Assembly (NCBI RefSeq): GCF_009914755.1
Contig: NC_060936.1
Reading direction: 5' to 3' (one strand)
Length of the DNA: 64,000 nucleotides
Origin: the human T2T-CHM13v2.0 reference genome, Homo sapiens
Below are positions 52,862 to 64,000 of this stretch, one piece after another. Both the position numbers and the translations under genes were made by a program. The first letter of the stretch is position 1, and each line of letters starts with the position of its first letter. The notes below the pieces were generated by a model, which was not told the origin of the DNA, made no database searches, and was given only the letters and a program-made list of their open reading frames with translations.

Positions 52862-53749
52862 TGAAAGCCGAGAGTAATGATGAACACCTCTAACTGGTAT
52901 GTCAATATGAACTGTTAACAACACATATCAGTATGTGCTAATCTACCAAAAGGACTTCCTAGTGAAAAATGCTAACTCCATCTGGGTGCCTTGGCTCACA
53001 TCTGTAATCCCAGCACTATGGGAGGTTGAGGTGGGAGGATCACATGCGGCCAGGATTTCAAGACCAGCCTGGTCAACATGGCGAAACCCCATCTCTATTG
53101 AAAACACAAAAATTAGCCAGGTATGGTGGCGGGCACCTGTAATCCCAGCTACTCGGGAGGTTCAGGGAGGAGAACCCTTTGAACCTGGTGGCGGAGGTTG
53201 CACTGAGCCAAGATCACACCATTGCACTCCAGCCCAGGTGACAGCACGAGACCCCGTCTCGAAAAAAAAAAAAAGGACATTTCCAAATACACGAAAGAAA
53301 AAAGGCTAAGCTATGAGCCACATGTATCCATCACCCAGTTTAAACAACTGTGAATTCATGGCCAATTTTGTTTCATCCAAACCTCCCACCCCAACCAATC
53401 AATCCTCACAGATTATTTACCTAGGTACTTTTTCAACTTTAAAATTAAATTGAATTTTAAAAGCTATTTGGGGCTGGGCACGGTAGCTCATGCCTGTTAA
53501 TTCCAGCACTTTGGGAGGCTAAAGCGGGCAGATCATGAAGTCAGGAGATCGAGACCATCCTGGCCAACATGGTGCAACGCCGTGTCTACTAAAAATACAA
53601 AAATTAGCTGGGTGTGGTGGCATGTGCCTGTAATCTCAGCTACTCAGGAGGCTGAGGCAGGAGAATGGCTTGAACCTGTTGGCAGAGGTTGCAGTGAGCC
53701 GAGATCATGCCACTGCACTCCAGCCTGGCGACAGAGCAAGACTCGGTCT

Positions 53750-53754
53750 TAAAA

Positions 53755-53812
<58 letters not shown>

Positions 53813-53870
53813 TTAAAAAAGACTCGGTCTTAAAAAAAATAAAATAAATAAATAAATAAATAATTTTTAA
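53750..53870. repeat. (TAAA)n microsatellite at an Alu tail, duplicated
   Basis: Directly visible. Confidence 0.9.
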
Positions 53871-54173
53871 AAAAGGCTATTTGGCAAAGTGATTTTACTC
53901 AATGTACTAAAACAACTTTCCTCTATTAAATCTCTTATTAGACAAACATGCTTTCACCATATCAACAGTAAGAGCACTTTCATTTGAATAAAATTTGCTT
54001 TAATAAATCTGTTTAATACAAGATAATTATGTGTCCTAGTAACCATTAATTTCAAAGTTTTATACAATTTATGTCCAAAGAAAAAAACTAATATAACAGC
54101 AAACATTACAACAGGTTTGAGTACATCTTTGTCAATAATCATTGTCATTGTTATGAATATTTGTAGAAGTTAC

Positions 54174-54273
54174 CTTTAAAAAATTCTCCAGGATAGTCTG
54201 GAGGTGGTGATACCATAGGAGAATCCAAGTTTACAATGGATTTCATGACAATTTCTAAAGCATTTCTTCCATA
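54174..54273 (-). CDS. SBNO1: SBNO1 exon [33 protein letters not shown]
   Basis: 100 nt; AG/GT; frame consistent. Confidence 0.95.
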
Positions 54274-54326
54274 CTGCAAAAAAAAATCAAAACCTTTAAC
54301 CAGTTTCAGCATTTGGATACTCTTCA

Positions 54327-54666
<340 letters not shown>

Positions 54667-54777
54667 TTATTGTACCAAAGATTCAAAAAAGCAATTCTCA
54701 ATTATCTTTATATGTATTTATTTATTTTTTCTTTTTTTGGAGACAGAGTTTTGCTCATCGCCCAGGCTGGAATGTAA

Positions 54778-54945
<168 letters not shown>

Positions 54946-55441
54946 TAAACTCGGCTCACTGCAACCTCTGCATCCCAGGTTGAAGTGATTTTCCTGCCTC
55001 AGCCTCCCAAGTAGCTAGGACTACAGGCGCACACCACCACGCCCAGCTAATTTTTCTATTTTTAGTAGAGACAGGGTTTCACCATGTTGGCCAGGATGGT
55101 CTCGATCTCATGACCTCGTGATCCACCCACCTCGGTCTCCCAAAGTGCTGGATTACAGGCGTGAGCCACTGTGCCCAGCCACGCCCAACTAATTTTTGTA
55201 TAATTTTTTGAGACAGAGTCTTGCCCTATTGCCCAGGCTGGAGTGCAGTGGCATGATCTCGGCTCACTGCAACCTCCGCCTTCCAAGTAGCTGGGACTAC
55301 AGATGCATGCCACCACGCCCATCTAATTTTTGTAGAGATGGGATTTCACTATGTTGGTCAGGCTGGTCTCGAATTCCTGACCTCAGGTGACCCACCTGCC
55401 TTGGCCTCCTATATTCTGGGATTATAGGTGTGAGCAACTGA

Positions 55442-55656
<215 letters not shown>

Positions 55657-55926
55657 TAACTTCCTTTGCTTCTGAGAACTCACAGTTAATTCAGTCTCAT
55701 TTATTCTTGTTTTCCAAAAGGAATAAAGACAACTACATTGCTGTACTGATACTTAACATGCGATCTAACATACATGTGAAATTCTGTCTTATAGGAAGCC
55801 ATGATTTTAAAGCAAATGCATAGGAGAGGCAGTTTTGTTTTAGACAGTAACTACTTTCCTTTTGTGTTCCCGAAAGACACCATACACTATCACAAGTTTT
55901 CAGAGATACTGAAAATTGAAATGTAC

Positions 55927-55998
55927 CTTATTATCAAAGTTGAACCTGCTCAGATCTCTAGATTCTGTTGCCCTTCTATCACCATGTGTAAGTGCCCC
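55927..55998 (-). CDS. SBNO1: SBNO1 exon [24 protein letters not shown]
   Basis: 72 nt; AG/GT; follows a 103-nt intron. Confidence 0.95.
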
Positions 55999-56101
55999 CT
56001 GTTAAAAACAAAAATTTCAATCAAGGCACAGGTAACCTTTTACCAGAAAACAGGTACAATAGATCATCATTTACACACAGCCACACAACTCCAAAACTCA
56101 C

Positions 56102-56214
56102 CAAACTCTCAAGTCTTTTAGCAACAATAGATGCAAATCTTTGTTCTCCTGCCAGTTCAGATATCAGAAAGACATACTCAGGAGCAGTAACTTGGTTTGA
56201 TCTATGAGTACGTC
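56102..56214 (-). CDS. SBNO1: SBNO1 exon [38 protein letters not shown]
   Basis: 113 nt; AG/GT; completes the QQFGRTHR motif. Confidence 0.96.
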
Positions 56215-56770
56215 CTGCAACGAAATTTTGTTTTAAAGATCATTGATTGTGTTCGCTGGACAGAGAATATTCTGAGATGTATTCCTAGCATTTAACACTA
56301 AACTGGTATTGGGAAACCACTAAACAATAAAAATTACAGATAATGTAAAATTACCATAACACACATAAAACTGCTCAATGACAGAAGTATTAGCATTGCT
56401 ACCCCAATTTTGCTTAACCACATGTTACTGATGCACAATTACTCTGGATTTTCCCAAAATTGTTTTTCAAATCATTGGTCACAAGAACATGAAGATGGAG
56501 GGAGGAGCTATGGGCCTTTGGTGAAGCTACTGAGGTTGGAAACACATATAGAAGTAGCAGCTTCTCTGATATGGACCTAATACATCCTTAAGTTTTATAA
56601 GGACACTCCTTGAGGAACCCTGTTCTTGGAACCCCACAAATTCCCACCACATATATATTTTTTACAACTTGTAAACAAGCAAAAAATGAATCCACAATGC
56701 ATCATATACTATAAAGTATATATATAACACTCCTTAAATGCAAGATCTGAGATTTCGAGATAAGATATAA

Positions 56771-56902
<132 letters not shown>

Positions 56903-57200
56903 TGAGTAGCCAGGATTACAGGCATGCACCACCACGCCCGGCTAATTTTGTATTTTTAGTACAGACAGGGTTTCTCCATGTTGGTCATCCTGGTCTTGAA
57001 CTCCCGACCTCAGGTGATCCACCCACCTCAGCCTGCCAAAGTGCTGGGATTACAGGCGTGAGCCGCTGCGCCCAGCCTGTTTTTGTTTTTTGAGACAAGG
57101 TCACGCTCTGTCACCCAGGCTGGAGTGCAGTGGTGAAATCATATCTCACTGCAACCTTGAACTCCTGGACTCAAGTAATCCTCCTACCTCAGCCTCCTGA

Positions 57201-57380
<180 letters not shown>

Positions 57381-57774
57381 TAAGTAGCTGGGATTACAGG
57401 TGTGTGCCAACACACCCAGTTAATTTTTGTATTTTTAGTAGAGGCTGGGTTTCACCATGTTGACCAGGCTGGTCTCAAACTATTACCTCAAGTGATGCAC
57501 CCACCTCAGCCTCCCAAAGTGCTGGGATTACAGGCACGAGCCACTGCTCTCAGCTGTTTTTCTTTTCTTTTGGTGGAGAAAGGGTCTCACTGCGTTGACC
57601 AGGCTGGTCTCAAACTCCCGGACTCAAGTTATCCTCCCACAGTGGCCTCCCGAAATGTTGGAATTACAGGCGTGAGCCTCTGTGCCCGGCCTAAACCTAG
57701 GTTTTGGTATGCGCAAATTTACCCCAATGATTCCTAGCTATCCATTAAGTGAAATCCAGTTTGTAGGAACTTAC

Positions 57775-57910
57775 CGAACTGTTGAATTGCTCTATCAGCG
57801 CTCCAAGGTAATTCTAAAGTCATATGAACTCTTCGCCTTTGATTTTTAGCTCTCCTATCTGCTTGTAATGAAATACCCGAGCTGGCAGCTTCTGAGATGA
57901 TAGCAATATT
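57775..57910 (-). CDS. SBNO1: SBNO1 exon [45 protein letters not shown]
   Basis: 136 nt; AG/GT; helicase motif V/VI-like sequence. Confidence 0.96.
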
Positions 57911-60453
57911 CTGTGTCAAATATAAGAAAAATAAAGTCACTTTTGCATAAGAACAAGCAGGCCAGTGCCTTAAATGAAGTCCTTCAGCAGACTGCCTATT
58001 CTCTCCTTCTTTCTCAATAATGAAGACTTCCAGTTTTATTTCCCAGTCTCCCTTACGGCTAAGTGTGAACATTCTCCAGCCAGCAAGGTGTAGGTAAAAT
58101 GTATGATGCACAGGAAATGTCCTTAAAAGTAGGCGACATGCCCTTCTCATCCCCTTGTCTCCTCTCTGTTAGGTAAAATGTAGAGGTACTGACAAGAGTC
58201 TGGAACAGGTATCTTGGAATACAAAGGTAACTTGGAAATGGAGGCCCACATAATTTAATGAACAACACGGAAGATGCCTGGACTTCAAGAGGGCATACAA
58301 GCCCTGCTCCACCTACCCAAATGTGTCCATGAGAGAAATAATCTATCTTATTGAAGTCAACACTTAACAGACTTTGTATTTTCTGTTATTTAACAACCAA
58401 AACTAATTCCAACTAATGTAATTCCTAATGCATATGGGCCTAGATTCATGAAGCAATTATATAAAATAACTAATACCTGTACCTACAATCTTGAAAATAC
58501 GTAACATTATCTTTTTGTATATATATATTTTTTGAGACAGGGTCTCACTCTGTCACACAAGCTGGAGTGCAGTGGTGCAATCATAGCTCTCTACAGTTTT
58601 CACCTCTCAAGCTCAAGTGATCCTTTCACCTCAGCCTCCTCAGTAGCTGGGACTGTGGGCATGTGCCATCATGTGACTATTTTCCCTGTACAGGGCAGGG
58701 TCCCATTATGTTGCCCAGGCTGGTCTCAAACTCTTGTAATCCTAGTACTTTGAGAGGCCGAGGCAGACGGATCATTTGAGGTCAGGAGTTCAAGACCAGC
58801 CTGGCAAACATGACGAAACCTTGTCTCTACTAAAAATTCAAAAATTAGCCAGGTGTGGTGGTGTGTGCCTATATTCCCAGCTACTCAGGAGGCTGAGGCA
58901 GAGAACTGCTTGAACCCGGGAGGTGGAGGTGGCAGTGAGCTGAGATCCAGCCTGGGGGACAAAGTGACGGTCCTTCTCAAACAAAGTCTACAGAAAGAGT
59001 CTCTGGGCCAGCACAGTAGCTCACGCCTATAATCCCAGCATTTTGGGAGGCAGAGGTGGGTACACCACTTGAGGCATGGAGTTCAAGACCAGCCAGGTCA
59101 ATATGGTGAAACCTGTCTCTATCAAAAAATACAAAAATTAGCCAGGCGTGGTGGCGCGTGCCTGTAGTCCCAGCTACTCGGGAGGCTGAGGCACAAGAAT
59201 CACTTGGACCCAGGAGGTGAAGGTAGCAGTGAGTTGAGATCATGCCACTGCACTGCACTCCAGCCTGGGCAACAGAGTAAGACTCTGTCTCAAAAAAAAA
59301 AAAAAAAAGAGTCTCTGGAGGCACCCAAAATCTCTACAATGGTTGGATATGGGAATGTAATCTGTAAGCCATTTACAGTAAATCGTCTTAATATAACATG
59401 ACATAGCAATAAAATAAACAGTGAAACCAAAATTACTAGTAATATGGACACACATAAATATTTTAGTCTCAAAATCGGAATGACATTAGATGTCACAACA
59501 CCAAGATGAACTAAGGGAACGTTTTTTTTTTTTTTTTGAGACAGTCTCACTCTGCTGCCCAGGTGGAAATGCAATGGTGCAGTCTTGGCTCACTGCAACC
59601 CCTGCCTCCCAGGTTCCAGCTATTCTCCTCCCTCAGCCTCCTGAGTAGCTGGGACTACAGGCACATGCCACCACACCCGACCAATTTTTGTATTTTTAGT
59701 AGAGATGGGGTTTCACCACCATGTTTGCCAGCCTGGTCTTGAACTCCTGACCTCATGATCTGCCCATCTCGGCCTCCCAAAGTGCTGGGATTACAGGCGT
59801 GAGCCACCACGCCTGGAGAAAACACAGTATTTTTATATCATGATTAAATATTTCAAAAGCCTCCAAAGCACTCAAGAGCCATATCTGATTCTATGCATTA
59901 CACACAATACTTATTATATTCAATGATAAAATAATAAAAACATGCAAAATATTCAGTGAGTAAAGGCAATTACTAAAAAAATTTGTGTAATAGCTCTGTT
60001 GCACAGGCTGGAGTGTAGTGGTGCGATCTCGGCTCACTGCAACCTGCATAGCCCAGGGTTAAGCTATCCTCCCACCTCTGCCTTCTGAGCAGCTGGGACT
60101 ACAGGCATGCACTACCACACCCAGCTAAATTTTTGTATTTTCAGTAGAGACGGGGTTTCACCATGCTGCCCAGGCTGGTCTCAAACTCCAGAGCTCAAGT
60201 GATCTGCCCACCTTGGCCTCCCAAAGTGCTGGAATTACAGGCCTGAGCCACTGCACCCAGCCAATACTTACTATATTCAATGATAAAATAATAAAAACAC
60301 GTACAATATTCAGTATGTACAATTACTAAAAAATACAGAATGACAATACTCAATGGACATGACTTATATTAAAAGGAAAAAGACTCTTCTAAAGCTTAAT
60401 CTAAATATACAGGCATTGTTCTTTTCACTGAGAAGCATCTCAGTAAAACATAC

Positions 60454-60585
60454 CTTATCTCCATCCATAAATCGTTGTTTTTCTGTGATGTTTAGTATTT
60501 CCACAGGCACATCAAGTTCAGATCTTGACTCATAAGATATGCTTCCATCATCATTGCTCACAACCCGTCCCTTGCGGCCAGTCAT
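60454..60585 (-). CDS. SBNO1: SBNO1 exon [44 protein letters not shown]
   Basis: 132 nt; AG/GT; part of the strawberry-notch C-terminal helicase-like domain. Confidence 0.96.
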
Positions 60586-60985
60586 CTGAGAAGCCAAACA
60601 ATGTCATTACAATGAAGGTATCTGACTGCGGTGGATGGACTCAGTGCCTCTTTCCTTGAAGACACTTGGGAGATAAGAGCACAGGCTGTGCTGCACCACA
60701 CACTGAAGGATACAGAACACTGCAACAGAGTCCCTGGAAAAACCTTGACACATGGCCACGATCACAAAAGATGCGTGATAAGTGCAGTAACTAGGACCAG
60801 TGGCTTGGGACAGACACTCAGATACTGCAGGCAGCAGTTCATTGGATGTAGGATGGCAACTAAAGTAGAACAAGAATTCTATGATCTAAGAAATTTAGAT
60901 TATTATGTGAAGACAGTCAAAATACAACTCATTTTACAGGGGTTCAAATGGCAAAAATGTCACCAAGAGATACAGGCCTATTTAC

Positions 60986-61161
60986 CTCAGCAACGTTCTC
61001 AGGGCCACCAAGTTCATCGATAAGTTCATCCAGGGTATTAGGGGGGAGGTCTTCAGCTAATTTTTCTAGCTTATCAAGCAGGTCTTTCTTCATCTGCTGA
61101 GCCCTTTCCACAGCATCCTGACTTGTTATAAGGCTACTGTTACTGTTGGTGTTACTGTTAG
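60986..61161 (-). CDS. SBNO1: SBNO1 exon [59 protein letters not shown]
   Basis: 176 nt; AG/GT; follows a 91-nt intron. Confidence 0.95.
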
Positions 61162-61252
61162 CTAGATAAAGAACATTTGCTAAAAGTTAGTACAAAGTTT
61201 AAATATTTTTGTTTAAAACAGTATTTCAAAAAGGAAGTTTCTGTATGGATAC

Positions 61253-61420
61253 CTGGTGTACTGTTAGGAGCAGGTGAGATAACTGGTGTAGATGAAAAAC
61301 TAGGTCGTTTTGATCCAAGACCTGATGCTAATAAGGCACTTTGAATAGAATCTGGATCTATACTTTTCTTCTTTTTTTTCTCTTTGTTTTTCTTGTGGTC
61401 TTTTCTAATTAACCAGGGAT
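61253..61420 (-). CDS. SBNO1: SBNO1 exon [56 protein letters not shown] (Lys-rich, NLS-like)
   Basis: 168 nt; AG/GT boundaries; phase 1-1. Confidence 0.95.
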
Positions 61421-61496
61421 CTGAGTGTTAAGGAAAGATACATGTCAAATCATTTGTTAAAACAAGTACAGAATCTTCAAAGGAAACAACCTTTGA

Positions 61497-61880
<384 letters not shown>

Positions 61881-62088
61881 TAAAAATAACTGCACAAAAT
61901 TGAGGTTATCTTCTCACATATATGAGGCTCAAACTTCCAGAAGGTAGATAAGCCTGGAGCTTTCCACCAAGCAAAGATTATAATCTGTGTGATCATTTGT
62001 ACTGTACAGAAGAAAAGGTTTCATATCCCATTTTCAAATATACTGAAATATTATATGCTTTCGTGTATATTTAATATACTGAACTTAC

Positions 62089-62286
62089 CATTTTCATCAT
62101 CCTCATTAGACTCATCTAAAAATGGGTTGAAATCGTCATCATCTCCAGAACTCATGTTTTTAGAGCTCTCATAGTCACTTTCTTCATTATCAGAGGCATC
62201 AGATTCACTTCCACTGTCGTCAGAATTGCTACCAGTAAGGCCACCTACTTTTCGTGCTTTTTTGGCTTCTCGAGTTATTTCTTCAC
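62089..62286 (-). CDS. SBNO1: SBNO1 (strawberry notch homolog 1) internal exon, [30 protein letters not shown]...DDEN; the gene continues 5' beyond the window
   Basis: 198 nt; TAG acceptor; ATG|GTAAGT donor; acidic stretch matching SBNO1. Confidence 0.93.
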
Positions 62287-62690
62287 CTACCCTCCGCCAC
62301 AAACAAGAGAGTCAGCCCAAATTCAATGTTTCTTAAGATCCAGTACATCACATTTAGTTCATGAATTAATTCAAATGAAAAGTGCAGAGGAAAAGTATTT
62401 AGGTTAAGTCAAAAAACAAACAGAATTCACAAACCAGCACTAACCTTTTGGACTCCCATAAAAAATAAGGTTATAAACATTTATTCTGAAGAAGAAATTG
62501 GATACAAAAGTACTAAGTCAAGACTGCCTTCAAGTGCACAAGTTTCAAAACATATTCAGGACAACAGAGTAAAAGCAGAACCTCTGGCATAGTCACAATT
62601 TGACTGTGTATCAGATTTGAGAAGAGGCCTAATAATTACAGGTTTATAGACATGGAATACTTAGAAAATCAATAGAAAATCAATTTATAA

Positions 62691-63023
<333 letters not shown>

Positions 63024-63549
63024 TAATTTTTAGTAGAGAAGGGGTTTCGCCATGTTGGCCAGGCTGGTCTCGAACTCCTGACCTCAGGTGATCCGCCTGT
63101 TTCAACTCCCAAAAAGCTGGGATTACAGGCGTGAGCCACTGTGCCCGGCGAGAAGTCAACTTCTAAAACCAAAACAGGGCTGGGCGAGATGGCTCACACC
63201 TGTAATCCCAGCACTTTGGGAGGCCTAGGTGGGTGCATTGCTTAAGCTCAGGAGTTCGAGACCAGCCTGGCCAACATGGTGAAACCCCATCTCTACTAAA
63301 AATACAAAAATTAGCAGGGCGTGGTGGTGCATGCCTGTAATCCCAGCTCCTTGAACCCAGGAGGCAGAGGTTGCAGTGAGCCAAGATGGTACCACTGCAC
63401 TCCAGCCTGGGTGACGGAGACGGAGACCCTGTCTCAAAAAAAAAAAAGAAAAAAAAAGAAAAGGCTCTTTTAAAGAAAACTACTGAAACACCCAGCTGTC
63501 TATATATTAAAGAACAGGTCTGACAATACAAAGACACAGGTTTTAGTTC

Positions 63550-63720
63550 CCATGCATCATTAACTATCTCTGTGAAACTAGGAAAACTCTTTAATCTTTA
63601 AATCTTTCTGTGCTTCAATGATCTCTGTCTATAAAATTGGAAAAATAAGACCTAATTTCGTATGGACCTCTGCCAGGTTATATGGTAGAATGTATATAGC
63701 CAAGTGCTTAACACACTGCC
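63550..63720. mobile_element. MIR remnant
   Basis: MIR core-like TCTGTGCTTCA..TCTGTCTATAAAATTGG..AAGTGCTTAACACA. Confidence 0.6.
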
Positions 63721-64000
63721 AACCACCAGTGAATTGCTCAATTCCTAATTTAAAACGGGGATAACTTGTGCATTCAAAATTGTACAAGTGACAGTGAAAA
63801 TTTGGAACCATTTGTGAATTCATGGAAGGCAGTTCATTCCCAAAATATAGCCACTTTAAAATGCTTATGTTTTAATTTCAACAGTATTTTCAACGTCAAC
63901 TATTTTCTTTTTTCTTTTTCTTTTTTGAGACAGAGTCTCGCTCTGTCATCCAGGCTGGAGTGCAGCAGCGCTATCTCGGCTCACTGCAAGCTCTGCCTCC

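Overview
Primate, almost certainly human, genomic DNA that I recognise as the 12q24.31 CDK2AP1-SBNO1 locus. The minus strand carries the complete CDK2AP1 gene: 4 coding exons (CDS 12139->2259, 115 aa), a CpG-island promoter at ~11.2-12.75 kb and a polyA signal at 1544-1549. It also carries the 3' part of SBNO1: 16 coding exons from 62286 to the stop at 36462, covering the C-terminal helicase-like region, followed by a ~6.8 kb 3'UTR ending near 29660. The intergenic block (~14-29 kb) and the SBNO1 introns are extremely Alu-dense. Other elements include L1 fragments, MER33/MER58/MER20 DNA transposons, a solo LTR10-type LTR and a 5S rRNA pseudogene. Almost all long ORFs in the supplied track are Alu, microsatellite or GC-rich artefacts. 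The most interesting unexplained signal is a CpG-decayed, Arg/Glu-rich fossil reading frame with a downstream polyA signal inside CDK2AP1 intron 2. Other leads are candidate alternative first exons of CDK2AP1, an Alu-born G-rich minisatellite, atypical Alu insertion structures, a Pumilio-site cluster in the SBNO1 3'UTR and an apparent non-reference SBNO1 Ser->Asn allele. Repeat subfamily names and variant identity come from recognition or memory, not from database searches.
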